This document shows positions 40,140-55,349 of a DNA stretch of 64,000 nt, piece by piece; the stretch's first letter is position 1, and each line of letters begins with the position of its first letter. The stretch covers positions 28,396,001 to 28,460,000 of the forward strand of contig OX597820.1 in assembly GCA_951406725.2 (NCBI GenBank), written 5' to 3'. Both the position numbers and the translations under genes were made by a program. The notes beneath the pieces are model-generated. The model worked only from the letters and a program-made list of their open reading frames with translations, was not told the DNA's origin and made no database searches. This DNA is from Octopus vulgaris. Its lineage: Eukaryota.

Positions 40140-43100
40140 CGTATGTATTTATATATTTAAATATGTATGTCTGTCTGTATGTATGTATGTCTCTGAAGTA
40201 ATATCCGTATTTGTTCTTTGTGTGATGATAAATAGCTTACATATATTTATATTGTGTAGAAAATGGGAATCACTAATCTACAACCCCTCGGAGGGAAGTT
40301 GAAATTTCATACTTCTAACATAAAGAGCATTTGCTTATTTCAACGCACACACAAACACACACACACAACACGCACATATGCTGTTCTATCGAATTCGACG
40401 AAACATTGTTGCTTAACTTTGTCTACAAAATAAAATCGTACTTTCATGTGAATATCTTTATTACCAAACTTATATAGTTTTAGACGATGTCTCCACACTT
40501 TGTTAACAGTGTATCATTGATTTATTTTAAAGACTAGTTTTTGTGACATTCTACCATGTTTTTATTGTTTTAGATTTCCAGCTCATTCTTATTTATATAT
40601 TTTGTATAGGTGTCTAGTTCACACTTTGAAAGAAGTGAAATGCGTATAGTCTAGCGGCATCCGTGAATTGACATCATACCTAAAGCGCCGTCTTCAATTC
40701 TCTTAGCTTGTATTACTAATAGATATATCGAGTAATTTTTTCGAGTGAATTTCCTGTATAAAATGTCAACATGGGGCAATGAATTATATGAAGTAAGGAC
40801 AATTTATAGCTCTAGATTTTTTTTATTAGCTTTCAACCTCGTTTAATTGTGATATATATATATCAGACACTCAGTAACTGAGCTGCATGTCTAAAATTGT
40901 ATTGAACAAGAAATCAATGGATGTATATATGTCGCTGACCAAGCTTTAAGAAATAGCAGCCAGATGTCGCTCTTACGCAGCAGTTTGAAAGGCAGGTGAG
41001 TATACAGATATACGTGATCGTAGGAAAGTTCATGGTGAAGAGGTCTTCATTATAAGTCTGTTAATGAGAGTTAGCCCAGTTAGTAAGTGGCAACAATAAA
41101 ATGGTGTCTAGGAGGTCTATCGTCCGCGCTACAGAATACGTATAAATATTTATAGATCTTTTATGCAATTGTAACCCATGACGATATATTCATTTTTCCC
41201 CTATTCTTCCCTATTCTTTAAGCAACCTCAAAAGTCTGTCCGAAATATAGCAATAGTGATTCTGAAATATTCTCTTTATATCGTATATTCTTAACATAAA
41301 CTTCCTCGTCTCAATATCCAAAAATATTAGTAGAAATATATAGAGATTTTTAAGAGGAAAGATATAAAGCTTGAATGACCTAATATATCACTGTTTCTGT
41401 ATGAAAACAGATTCATTTCAGATGATCGCCATATCTCTCTAAGATTTATTTGCTTCGATGGACTAAGGTTCGCGTCAACTAGACACTTTTAAGAAAATCA
41501 CTAAAAAAAATAAACAAATAAAAAGAATTGGCAAAGAGATTAATTGGAAAATCAGTTGTGTGCGGTTTATCATCAATTATTCGTTTTATTTCTTCTTCTA
41601 AGATTTATTCAAATAACGTTAAATGTCGTCTTTATCAATTCTTTCTACTTCCGGAACAGACATTGTCAAATGTTCTCAATAAAGTGAATTATTTGAATAA
41701 CGGTTGCCGTCTAAATTTGGCATGTGTTGTTACTTGACGGAATAAATACGAATAATTTGATTTCGCTTGAGCCGAAAACTATTTTCGTCTTGGTTAGATT
41801 TCTGAACCTGCACTATACATCATTGTAGAATACATTTCTTACACATTCATTCCAATCTATAAATTGAAATTTCAATAGAAGAGTAACACAAGTTTTTCAA
41901 ACGTTGTCGTCACTGTCTATCTCAACAAAGTGATTTCTGTAGCCACTGATTAATAAATCTTTAAACAAATGATTATACAATTGAATTAATAGAAGCGAAT
42001 ATCTCTTGATTTTAGGTAGAACTTTTTGTTACTTGTTGAACAATGACCGGGTCTTCTCCTTCAATGCAGTGTATTATTTCCAGTCGATATAAATGAACGC
42101 TATGGTTATGTTTCAATAGCGAGTACATCCATGTACGAAGTGTAATCTATTATACGGTAAGCACTTCATGTGTGCTAAGAGGTAAGTTCTAAATAGTAAG
42201 ATATTGAAAAGAATAATTAGTTATTATTGACTGACCTCAACAACATGCAAATATTTATATTAAAGTCACAACCTCAACAGCATGCTATACATAAAATGAG
42301 CCAAAATGTGAAGCGCTATTTAGTTATTCATCTTCTTAGAAATTTCACAAAACTCTTCCGAACATCACACGTATTTGTCTCAAAGAAATGGAAGATAGGT
42401 CTAAAAAGAAGAAGTCTGATTTGTTTTGGAAGGAAAAGTGGAATGATCGTGCTATAGGAACAGTGGAAAAAATATATTCCATTCAAAGTATTTCATGATC
42501 TGCAGCCAAACACAATCACACTCACCAACAACAAGTATTACTAATACATTTTTCAATGCCAAAACAACGTTATACTCTTGCACTTCTGCAGTCTATTAAA
42601 TGTTCTATTGAAACACGACAGCAAACTCTATACACTTAGAGCAACTCTAAATTCTACGAGATAGTAAACTTACGCAAGAAAGAGAAAGATCATTTTTCAA
42701 GAATGGTATTTCCCTTGTTACTAGAAATCAATTTAAGGCAGTAAGATCTACGAAACATATTCACAAAACAGTTGAAATAACTAAATTTATTTTCAGTTTA
42801 CTGATGGTTGATAACCAATATATTTTTAGAAGTTTTGGAGAAGTTTTAATACGTTGGTTTTATCATTATTTTTTTAGATATAATTCGGTTCTATATAATT
42901 CCTCAGACGACATTACCTTTTATCGTATTAACAGAACAAAATCTTCCATTATACAGCTTATTATTATATGAAATTGTACGAACCGTTCCTCTGTGTAATG
43001 GTCTTCATTTTTTTCTCAGTTAATAACGGAATTGATATCCAGCTGAGGATGCAATGCACAGATATTCCTTAAATTCAACAACACTATTCGAATTATACTT

Positions 43101-44150
43101 CTCGTCTTAGATCAGAGAGACGGCTGAAGAATTTATGAATCGAATTACATCACTGGCACACGGTAATTTTCCATGACACAAATGACTTTTAATTTTTATC
43201 TTGCTTCTTGTAGAAAATTGACGCCCTTTTGACACAGCAAAAGTATGTAGAATCTTCACATGGGTATACTAACTGCAAGCAACAAAGATGTTCATCGATT
43301 TGAAAAAAACATCGCATCGTTTTGGCAATGGAAGTATTGTTTGGATACATTACTTAAATAATAGGATGAAATATGTATGGCTGGCATGCCCAGCATGAGC
43401 ACAGATACTCGAGGTACACGAACGGACACAATGTTAAATATTCACGAATAAACTTCATGTAAGCTACAAATGTAAGTCGTATGATGTAGGAGAAAAACCC
43501 TATGCTCAAATACATCGGAATAAACGTAGAGATTGTGTTTGGAAGTGTTATGAGAGTGTCTCTATATCTCTAAACATGTTTCTCAAATAAACGTCCATTT
43601 TATTTAAGCTGACAGGAATTACCCAATATTTCAGAAATTACAAGTGGAATTTCAATTAAACATACCGGTTCCATTGACTTATATAGCCTAAAACAAGTTT
43701 GAATTTTTCAACTGATAAAGGAATCAACATTCAGTACTGGGTTCGCTAGCTAAATTGTGTAGGTTAAGCTTGTGGTTATAATATAAAGAAACTAAACATG
43801 TGAGCTTACGAGGTATCAAACTTTCCCAGCTGTAGTAAATACCGTTATGTGACATAGATTCAACAAGGAATCGCTTCACCAGCAAAATCGTCATGATTTT
43901 AATTTTAGAATCCAATAAGCTTATAACGTCAATAATTGGTGTCATGAATGCGAGATTGATTTGAAATGGATAATTAAAGAAGCTTGCAAAATGTAAGCTT
44001 TTCTCTAACCGAGATGTCACATAAACAGAAGAAGGCGCTAATAAATTTATAGCAAGTGATTCTTTGGGAAGTGCGAAGGAATCCTCTTAGATGAAATTGA
44101 TATTTAGAGTGTGCGATATTCATACTTAACTTAACAAATATTATATATAC

Positions 44151-44189
<39 letters not shown>

Positions 44190-44215
44190 AGTGTGTATGT
44201 GTATATGTGTGTGTG

Positions 44216-44257
<42 letters not shown>

Positions 44258-44363
44258 CATACATACATATATATGTATGTATGTATGTATATATATATAT
44301 ACATACATACATATATATGTATGTATGTATATATATATGAATATATATATATATATACATACA

Positions 44364-44399
<36 letters not shown>

Positions 44400-44439
44400 T
44401 CGTCAGTATATCATAAATCCGAAAGTGAGGCACACTCTA

Positions 44440-45590
44440 AGCTATAGAGCAGTAGAGTTTATATATGAAGATAGTTATGGTCGGTCTATGGGGTTGCCCA
44501 GAGTTTGCGTCCATAAAACGCTTAGCTTTACAGCCTAATGGCCGGTGGCCTATAACCTTTCTTCAAAGTGGGGGAAGAAAAATGTTGTGCCTAGTTGTTG
44601 ATGGACGGACAAAGGAGAGGGTTAAGAGCGAGGGATTGTCTCCCGCAGACCGGTATCCGAAATGGACCCGGTCGGCTTCTGGGTCCCAGGATATCTGTAG
44701 GAATCTCCTGAAGTTTAAGCAGAGTCTGAAGTCTTCAGTCGTGGAATTTAAAATGTTACCCTGGTTGAGGGAGGTCTTTGATATTCACAATCTAAGAGTC
44801 TTCAATATTAAGAGTATTTTATTCAACAGCCCTAGACCACGAGCGGAGGCGGGATGCTCGTGCAGGGACTACAGCGGATGCCTAGTGGGATAGCATTGCT
44901 AGACCAAGAGGGTCGTTAGCGACGCTGAGGTAGAATGTGACCCTAATATCTATAGCAGATTTCCCAACTACTGCTCCAGTCTCGGGAATGGCAGTATTAA
45001 TGGCAACGGCAGCAATTCTAACGGAAATACCAGCAACTCAATCGCAAATGATAATGCTAATAATGATAACAACAATAACAACAATATCACCAACGGCGAT
45101 GGATATACCTGCACCAACAGCGCCAACACTAACAACGCCACCGATGATTCCCCTGCGCCAGCATTATCGACACCAGCACCAGCACCAACAACAGCAGCAC
45201 CAGCAGCAGCAAAAGTAGCATCGTCAACATAAAAAAAAGCAGCATCGCCAGTTTCAGTATACGAACATAAACTGGGTGTTCCAGAAACACATTCAAACAA
45301 CGCCTCTCCTACAACAGATGCTCGTTTAGGACCCCAGAAAGGCTATACACCACATATTTGGCCAGCCATGTGTGACACCTGAAGGACGAAGGGATTCCAT
45401 ACGCTATCTCATGGAAGATCCTAGACAAACCGAGCCCCTACATCCTATCAGATGCTACTAGTCCGGAGAAGAGTAGACCTAAACCGTAGTTCCGTACTCG
45501 TCAATACCCGGGAACTCACGTCCCTAAGCCCCACTACCGGATGAATTGTTATGCCATTCCCACGACATAAAGATATACCTGCCAGCATAG
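44440..45590. mobile_element. Degraded Penelope-like element with an Asn-rich tract and a GIY-YIG C-terminus
   Basis: The + strand reads LASHV*HLKDEGIPYAISWKILDKPSPY (~45358-45442), typical of PLE GIY-YIG C-termini. An Asn-rich frame lies at 44965-45150. Confidence 0.55.
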
Positions 45591-46101
45591 TGGTGATTTG
45601 AATGAACTTAAGTGAAACACTAAAAAATAAGCTACAATTTTTCTAAAGTTCAATGTGTAAATTTTATCGTCGTTGATAAACAAATTTCAAAGATGCAACT
45701 TCTCTTTCTTTGTCACAACCAGTTTCCACTCCTACGAAAATACTAAAAAAGTAGAAAGAAGCAAAGACCACAGACGCATATACTCCCAATCTCATACACA
45801 CACACAGACATATATGTATATATACACACAAGCTCACGCAATGACGTATATGTATATGAGGGCATACATATTTATGTGTCTATTTCTCGTTTTTCTTTTC
45901 TCTCTTTTTCTCTTCCTCTCGCCCTACACACACATATATATGTATGTATATGAATATATATGTACATATGTAAGTATGTACGTGTGTATGTATGTGCGTC
46001 TATATAAATATAAATAACGTTGGTTTTGTGTGAAAATGTACTTATGATGTATGCATGTATCACTCTATGTATATATATATACATAGGTATATATATTTGT
46101 A

Positions 46102-46162
<61 letters not shown>

Positions 46163-46688
46163 ATATTTATATGTACAAAGACAGAATAGTCACAGCACAT
46201 ACATATGTGTATATATGTTGCTATGCCTGACTGGCAGTCCCTGAGATTGTTAACCTGTAAAAACCGGCAAAATTAATGTCAGCTCGCATCTTTGTATCTC
46301 AAAGGGTACTTAGCATTTCGATAAACAGAAATCGATGGAATAAGTAAGCGACTTAAATAGGTACAATGGTTTATTATGAGTGGCTAAAATTGTAGTTTGT
46401 GCCCCATCATGGCCAAGTTCCAGAAGCTTACACAAGCAAATTGTGTATGTCATCGACCCCAAGACATCCATAAAAGATCACGTTGTTTTCTTTCTGTGAA
46501 CACTTCTTACAGATGAGCAGCTTAAGAAAATCCTTAATCGATATGTAATAGCTCTATTGATCTATCGTCTTACATCACATATTGATAAATATTTGCACCG
46601 AATCTAGTTTACGTGTATCTAAATTCTGTTCTGTTCTTCATAGCCATTGCTCTTTGCTGCAATATATTGTCACTTTCTTGGTTAAACT

Positions 46689-46740
<52 letters not shown>

Positions 46741-46775
46741 ACACACACACATTCATACACACGCGCACGCGCACA

Positions 46776-46813
<38 letters not shown>

Positions 46814-46883
46814 GAGGGACAGAGTGAGAGACGGATACATATATACATGTATTCTTACATACAACGTACACAAATACATACAT

Positions 46884-46990
<107 letters not shown>

Positions 46991-47570
46991 TATATTTTGA
47001 TACATACAATGTATTGAACAGTTTATCTATATATTTATCTGCCTCCTTCTGTCTCCAGATCTCGCAACTGTGTTTCCACTCACACATTATGCACATACCA
47101 CACACAACCTTAAAAATTGGAGCTCAGACTAGAAGATAAAAATGTTAAGAATTGTTTAATAATCTTTTCTGCAAATCCTCTCCTACGGCATTAAATTCAA
47201 ATCAGGTTAAACATGTAATGCCATATATTGACACAGAGACTAAAGCGATATATTTTTTTTTATTGTTGACGTTTAAGCAGAGATCTAAATACACACACAT
47301 ACACAAATTTATATACACATAAATACATACATACACATACATACACAAATTTATATACACCTGCCATTATTACATGTAAAAATACATACATGGGGATATG
47401 CATAAACCGTGATATATATTAATGATTACTACCCTGTATAGTTACGTATAAGAGCAGTCAAATATTAATGGAAGTATCTATCACTCAATATGTCCAAGTA
47501 TAGGATCACCTGTATTTTGCTAGAGAAAATAGTCGTGTTCTTCGAAATTTAGCTGGTATTTCGCTGCATG

Positions 47571-47673
47571 AGACTGAATGATAAAGCCAAGACTGAATGA
47601 TAAAGCCAAGACTGAATGATAAAGCCAAGACTGAATGATAAAGCCAAGACTGAATGATAAAGCCAAGACTGAA
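47571..47673. repeat. 19-bp minisatellite (GACTGAATGATAAAGCCAA) x5.4
   Basis: Perfect tandem copies. Confidence 0.95.
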
Positions 47674-47713
47674 GAAAATTTAATGCCACTGTCAGGCTTT
47701 TCTTATTAAAAAG

Positions 47714-48008
<295 letters not shown>

Positions 48009-48032
48009 GCATACATACACGCATGCATACAT

Positions 48033-48370
48033 AAGAGACCTGATATTGTTCTGTGGGACAGGGAACAAAAGTCATGCAATTCTGTAGAGGTCAGCTGCCC
48101 AGCAGATGTCAAAGAAAAATCAAAAGTCCAGGAACATGAGAACATAATGAAAAAGAGAACATTTCAACCGGAACCTGCACTCTTACTATGAATTCTCATT
48201 TGTATCTATCATCATATGTGCATCAGGTTATGTACAAACAAATTTACACAAAGACCTAGAAATACTTAGTTTCACAGAAGTGGAGCAAGAGAAACTAACG
48301 CGGATTCTCCAGTTCCAATCTATAAGTGACGGAGTGAAAATTTGTAGACATTTCAAAATTTCTTATATGA
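48033..48370 (+). mobile_element. RLE-type (R4/Dong-like) retrotransposon 3' fragment
   Basis: RPDIVLWDREQKSCNSVEVSCPAD (PD-(D/E)xK restriction-like endonuclease), then FVSIIICASGYV...LQFQSISDGVKICRHF. Confidence 0.75.
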
Positions 48371-48929
48371 GATTCTTATGCGCACACATGGATGCATGCA
48401 CTTGGGTGTAATTCAACCAACACATCAACTACTCAACCACATATTTACAAACACAGGCAATTCTTATCTCAAAAATCTTTTGTTAACCACTGGCATGAAA
48501 CTCTCTCTCTTTCTCTCTCTCTCGAAAAGAAAACATACATATAATTGGGAGTATGGTGGTCACCACAGTAGCATTTAATTCAAGAACCATGGTAGAGAAA
48601 TCTTTGGATATTAGTGTAAAGGTTACACCTTTTCATTAACCAAAGAATTGCTGGTTATATTTCATTCGATTATTATAAGAAAACATTGGCAATCGAATGT
48701 ATATCAAATAAGTATGCGAACTTCCTCACAAGCAGAATAACAATAGTTTTGAGGAAAACAGAACTCACATCAATGTTAGGACCGTTTCTTTGAACGAACA
48801 TCATTTATATTTTATTATAAGTAAAATTTTATTACATATAAAAGTTGTGTAAATTTATGACACAAATTTTCAGTTGATTTACTTCTACAGATATTGTAAT
48901 ATCATGACGGAAGCCATACCCTATAATCT

Positions 48930-48993
<64 letters not shown>

Positions 48994-49816
48994 CAGAAGT
49001 AGTCATAGTGATACTATTATTCTCAGTAGTCTGATTGTTCCCGCCGTATCTTCAGTTCTTATAAGCCTTCGATCCATGGTCTGTGGCGCAACCCTGCACA
49101 CAGCAAGTTAAAAGACCTATCAATTATGATGTCGATTGTCACTCGCTATGTTACGCCTCAGTGAGGTCTAACCTCTCTGGCCTGATTTCCACGCACAAAA
49201 CTTTCTCTCATCACCTTAAATCCTTAGGATTCTAACGTGAAAACTACCTTCCGCTTTTTACTTATTCTTTAATGCTTACTTTTCAAGTTTTAATTTTTTC
49301 AAGTTTTAATTTTTTCGAGTCTTACTTCTAACATCTATAACCTAGTTTCGCAACTCTCTGACTTCTGTGTCTCCTCCTTCCTTTACCAGCGCGCTATACA
49401 ACCGCTCCCACTCTGCTGACATGTATCCTTGCTTGACAGCCCTGTTCTCTGCGTCGAGTTCATCTCCTTCTATCATTATTCATATCTATATAATCATTGT
49501 CACCGGCTGAGTTGAAGTGGGAGGTGAAGAGAGTGAGAGAGATAAAGTGGTGGTGTTCAGCAGTAAGAGAAAGACATTGCTGTAATGTTGTTTAAATGGT
49601 GAGTGGATTGGAGAGGTAGATAGCAATAGAGACAGAGAGAAAGGGAGAGATAGAGACAGTGTCTCTGAATGTGTGTTTGTGTGTGTGAGTGCGCGCGCGT
49701 GCATTTACTGTGGTTACATAGACAATGCTACCTATGTGGTCATTGTCACCATCTCAACAACTAAATGCTTCAGAAAAATATAAAGTGAACCACTGCCTAG
49801 CACACTGCATCAGGGC

Positions 49817-49874
<58 letters not shown>

Positions 49875-49924
49875 CCCTCCTCCAAAATTGGTGGACTTGC
49901 GCCAAAATTTGAAACCATTATTAT

Positions 49925-49966
<42 letters not shown>

Positions 49967-51040
49967 CAGCAGCAGCAGCAGCTGTAGTCATAGTGATACT
50001 ATTATTCTCAGTAGTCTGATTGTTCCCGCCGTATCTTCAGTTCTTATAAGCCTTCCATTCTGCGCCTCGAAGGAATCTTTCAGATATATGGATTCGTATT
50101 TATATCTTTGCTTCTCTAATATGTGCGTGTGCCTATGTGGGTATATGTGTGCGTGCATGTAAATGTGCGTAAGCATGTGTCTGCGAGAGTGTGTTTACGT
50201 ACGTGTATATGTGTGCACGAGTCTTTTAATAAACACCAGTGTTTGCTTGTGGCGAAATGACAAGAAAAAACACCTTTGACAATGCAAACAGTATATTATT
50301 CACTCAAACATAATAGACGTTTGCGTTTATTGAGAACAAAGATAAATATTTAGACGTACACATATAGCAAAGTGAAATCATTTTAAACTAAAATCCTCTG
50401 TTTCTTTTTGTGTATTTTTTTAATCTTTCAAAGTAAACGTCTGTTGGAAGACATAAAATGGGATTCGAATTCTAATGTAGGAATTGGAAATGCAATGATA
50501 TGATTTAGAGCTTCGAGCACAACATGATTTTTTCCTATTTTTTTTTGTTTTTTCTTTTTCTTTCATCAACCACCTTCTCATGATAAATGCGAAATCACCG
50601 CTGCTTCTCAGGTTACAGTGTTGAGGCTGGGGAAAACGTAATGTTGCTAGAAAATATAAAAATGCAGCTGCGTATATGTTGATTATTGATTGGTGGATTG
50701 AGCTGGAGATTGTGTAAATGATGGCTGTAAGATTCAGAATTAAAGGGGGGGGGGGGGGAAATGGACGTAATTTAAATGGCAAAGACTTTGATAAATAATT
50801 TAGTAAAATCAATTTTTTTTATTTAATATTATGTATTGGAATCTGAGAATGTAATCAAAGAGAGATCAAAATAAATAGATTAATACGTAATCAGCATATA
50901 AATATATCCACGTGTGTTTGTGAGTGTGCGTGTGCATATACGTGCGCATATATATATATATACATACGTATATATGTAGATTTATATACACACACACATA
51001 TGTGTGTGTATATGTATGTATGTATATATATATATATAGA

Positions 51041-51078
<38 letters not shown>

Positions 51079-51234
51079 CGCATTGTCCTGACTAGTGCTG
51101 ACAAACAATGAATATATATGTCTGTTTGTCTCTTTCTCTCTCCCTCTCTCTCTCTCTCCCGCTTTCTTTCTTTCTCTTTTGTGTGTGTATACACACACAC
51201 ACGCACGCACATACGCACACATATATATAATTGT

Positions 51235-51525
51235 GTGTTAAGAAACTTATTTCCCAATCACATCGTCATGTGTTCAGTCCCATTTCGTGGAAGCCTGGGC
51301 AGATATCTTCTACTATAGACTTGGTCCGATGACGAGCTTGCCAGAGTATTTGGTAGACGAAAATTGAAAGAAGCCCGTCCTACATGTGTGTGTGTGTGTA
51401 TGTTAGTGTGTGTGTGCGTGCGTCTATGTGTGTGTGTTTGTGTGTTTATGTCCGTGTTTGTCCTTTACCAACTTTGTGTTTACATCCCTTAGTAGTTCGG
51501 CAAATGTGATTGATATAAGTACATC
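51235..51525 (+). mobile_element. Degraded SINE family A
   Basis: GTTCAGTCCCATT...TTTGGTAGACGAAAATTGAAAGAAGCCCGTC...GTGTTTACATCCC. Confidence 0.7.
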
Positions 51526-51534
51526 AACATAAAT

Positions 51535-51850
51535 CATGCATAATTTAGGAAGAAGATTCTCCAAGGGTATAAAGAATAAAGCCAAACAAACATACATAAC
51601 ATGTAAAAATAATGAAACTTTAATTAATTTTATACCAGGTACCAAACCTCAATCTAATGATATTAAGAATGCTGGAAATATAATTAACAACAGTAACAGT
51701 AGGACGCAAGTGAATAAAATGTGTAACTGTAGAGCCCCTAAAACCTGTCTGCTTGCAGGATAATGTCTTCGATACAATGTGGTGTATAAATGTATAGTTA
51801 ACGAAAATATGCATACAAATGCATGTGCCTTTGTTTGGAGCTACATATTT
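51535..51850 (+). mobile_element. Penelope-like element fragment (linker and start of GIY-YIG)
   Basis: KMCNCRAPKTCLLAG*CLRYNVVYKCIV matches the CNCR...CPL.G.C...VVY pattern. Confidence 0.7.
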
Positions 51851-52103
51851 TGTTAAATATATAACTATACATACCTAGCAATTTTTCATATATCACGTGC
51901 CTGTGTGCGCGTGTGCGTGTTTTTGTATGTGTTAGCTACTGTATATAACGAAAGAGCATGACAGGACAAGGAAGAGCAGCAATTGGTAAAGATTGTAAGT
52001 TCTATATAAATGTTGCCTGTTGATGTACGTTATGACATAAATATAATAAACCACCTTGTTAATGTACCTTATAATTATAAGACAGCGTAGCCATATGTAT
52101 TTT

Positions 52104-52366
52104 GTGGAGGCGCGTGGCTTAGTAGTTAGGGTGTCAGCACCATGATCGTAAGATTGTGGTTTCGATTCCTGGACCGGGCGACGCGTTGTTTTCTTGAGCA
52201 AAACACTTCATTTCAAGTTGTTCCAGTCCTCTCAGCTGGCAATAATGAGTAACGCTGCAATGGACTTGCGTTCCATCCAGCTAGGGAACACATACGCCAT
52301 AGAAACCGGGAAACCGGGCCCTTGAGCATGGATAGGCTTTAAAAGGGCGCAGTTATGTTTTATTTT
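52104..52366 (+). mobile_element. SINE with family C head and core and a family B tail, 11-bp TSD
   Basis: TSD ATATGTATTTT at 52093-52103 and 52367-52377. The tail GAAACCGGGAAACCGGGCCC..GAGC is shared with the 4155 and 56820 copies. Confidence 0.88.
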
Positions 52367-52879
52367 ATATGTATTTTAGGCGAGGTTGTTACCTGCTGGC
52401 TGAGAAAGAATTGTTTTTCCACTTAGTTGCATGTGCGTATTCAATGCAACGCAGAGTGGGCTGTTGCATTCAATCTGATTGTTGAATGTTTTATTTTTCG
52501 TTCTCTCAGAGAAGTATTTGCAGCACCCGTAAAACTTCTCCAGTCCTCATTGACAGACAGGTCAAAAGATGTAAATTGCTGTGTACAGATGACCTAACGT
52601 GAATGCTTACAACACAGCTGAAATCGCAAAATGCACCCAGGACTCAGGTGGTTAACTTAAAACTGATGTCGAATTATGTTTGCCATCCTCTAATAGGTTT
52701 CAACACAGTTTCCATCCATCAAATTCACTGACAACGTTGTGGTGTCCCTAAAGGACATTTAACAGATAACAGAATGACGCTGAGAAATTTTGGAAAATTT
52801 AATGTGACGTCGTTCAATAATTTCAAAGGCGGTCATCTCTATAAAACAAAGTATTTTCACAGAGATTTTGAGCCTCCAA

Positions 52880-53200
52880 TACACAAGTCAACTTCTAATT
52901 CTTTATCTGTTAGATAATTTCCTTTCGCCAACATACATATATCTGCAGGTTGTACGAGCCAACGTGAAATCGTTTACAGGGTCATATGAACTGCCTGAAA
53001 GTGTAATCTAAATTCCATCTTATTTTCTTAAGACAGAAACGACACCCGGTTATTCTAATCGTAAAGATATCGTCGTACGCATGATTGACGATGAATGCGC
53101 ATGGATTTTAATTTTTATAGATCCACGTGGGTCAATATAGAGGCCACAGCTTGAGTGGCAAACTGCATCGTGAAAAGATAGTGGTACACTGAATCACTAA
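52880..53200 (-). mobile_element. Possible highly degraded GIY-YIG (Penelope-like) remnant
   Basis: The minus strand reads RTTCRYMYVGE, resembling CxxC...YVGET. Nothing else is clearly readable. Confidence 0.3.
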
Positions 53201-54350
53201 AAAAGATTACAGAGGCCATTATGAGAAAGAGACCGAACAACATGAATCTGAATGCGATATATTTCACCACGATATTACTCGACTGTATACACTTCTGGTA
53301 ATAAATCATGCAATCGGTAAGTACGTTAAGTTGTCAGTGGTTTCCCATCAAACGTACAGCCCAAATATAACACCACTCAACTTCCAACTGTTTGATGCAA
53401 TGAAAGACAGTCTTCCAATGGCACAGAATATGTGAAATTGTCTGTAATTAAGTGAGTAAGGTAATACTCACCAAAAACTTTTCAAAGAGGTTTTTAAAGA
53501 TTAGATCAATGATAACGCTTGGGATAGAGAATTTGAAGCGTAGAATCTTTATATAGACTAAACTGAACAATTTGAACGTCTCGTGTCACTTAATTAACAA
53601 TTCCTTCCAACGTTTGCAATATTTTTAGCATAATATTCACATACAGAAAGGTACTCCTTCACTACGTATTTTGCTTATTAGCTAACTACGACATCATTTC
53701 CTCAGAGGAGTGAAATTTAATTGTTTTTAATTTTCAAATTTCGTTTAAAATATGTTTGATCTGCCTCTTTTCCCTGGGGGTGAGATATTTTTGCTATTCT
53801 GCCCAAGAACTTATTGTATAGAGGACACGTAGTGTGCATTTTGTAAGATATGGCCAGCCAGTCCGCTGAATCTGATGTCGTGTAACGGTATCGAAGCGGG
53901 TAGTATTAGGTTGTACGAAAACATTCGCATTTCTTTCCTGCTATACCAATGGAAACGTACAACTGAGATATACGCAAAATGTGGTGAATCATATCACTGC
54001 GCAAAAATATATATAACAACTGAATCTACGTTGCAGTGATTCATACATGAATCAATGGTTATTTATGTAACCTACCTAATTTGTATATAAATTGAAAAGA
54101 TGGATAGACATCAGCAGAAAATCTAATTGAATATGAAGCATCTTCAATACTACTTACATATACTATGGCGTATTGAGAATTTTGAGCTGATTGTTTACCT
54201 AAAATACAGTATAAGTAACGTATCATGAGGAATGGGGGAAATATTTATTATATACAAAGTGAGATAGCTTTCAAACCGGAGAAGTTTTTCAGTAAACAGT
54301 AACACTATAAAAGGTGAAACATAGAAATAAAAGTGAAATTGGGAACAATG

Positions 54351-54393
<43 letters not shown>

Positions 54394-54566
54394 AATAACA
54401 AGTCAAATATATTTGTCTGTATAGGTGTTAGTAAGAGAGATCTGGGTGTCTTATTCATATGTGTGTATATATACATGTATGTATGTATGTATATACATAG
54501 AGAGATAGAAAAAGAGAGAGAACAAATAGTGAGGGATTATATGCCATGACCATTATTTTTAACTTG

Positions 54567-54643
<77 letters not shown>

Positions 54644-54917
54644 TATGTATATTTACAAATAAATCACACAGATATATATATGCGCGCGCGTGTGTGTATG
54701 TTTATGTGTGTGTGTGCTTATATGTCTGTATACATACAATAATTCGGCACGGTATTGCAGAAGAAGTACTTTTCCAAATTATATGATAAGTATATATTTG
54801 CAAATACTATTCAGAACATAACGTCTGGTAACTAAAAAAACACGCAACTAGGTCTCCGATGGACAAACACATAAATATATATATAAATATATGCATAGAT
54901 AGGTCTTTAGATTTATG

Positions 54918-54974
<57 letters not shown>

Positions 54975-54977
<3 letters not shown>

Positions 54978-55027
54978 CTTCCTGATGATTTCTCTTGAAT
55001 GAAACAGTTCTAGTCCTGTAGAAGCTC
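54975..55027 (+). ncRNA. Type I hammerhead ribozyme, copy 1
   Basis: GAGCTTC-CTGATGA-T(TTC tctt GAA)T-GAAA-CAG ttctagtc CTG-TA-GAAGCTC. 7-bp stem I; predicted cut after A55020. Confidence 0.8.
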
Positions 55028-55109
55028 CTTCTATATAATAAATTAATTTTACTCTGCTATGTATTGAGTACCTTATTTACTGTGGTTAACCCCGAATCAA
55101 CCCGGGACC

Positions 55110-55154
<45 letters not shown>

Positions 55155-55168
55155 TTATTTTATAGAAG

Positions 55169-55221
55169 GAGCTTCTACAGGACTAGAACTGTTTCATTCA
55201 GAAGAAATCATCAGGAAGCTT
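55169..55221 (-). ncRNA. Type I hammerhead ribozyme, copy 2 (inverted)
   Basis: Reverse complement of copy 1 with loop II TTCT. Confidence 0.8.
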
Positions 55222-55268
55222 CCTGATGATTTCTTTTGAATGAAACAGTTCTAGTCCTGTAGAAACTC
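55217..55268 (+). ncRNA. Type I hammerhead ribozyme, copy 3
   Basis: Same core with loop II TTTT and one stem I substitution (GAAACTC). Confidence 0.75.
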
Positions 55269-55349
55269 CTTCTATAAAATAAATTAATTTACTCTGCTAT
55301 GTATTCAGTACCTTATTTACTGTGGTTAACCCCGACTCAACCGGGGACC

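Noticed and set aside
40400-44100. Long microsatellite-free stretch that might hold exons or an old transposase
   Set aside because: No convincing ORF, splice-bounded coding segment or domain motif was recognised; it needs blastx or RNA-seq.
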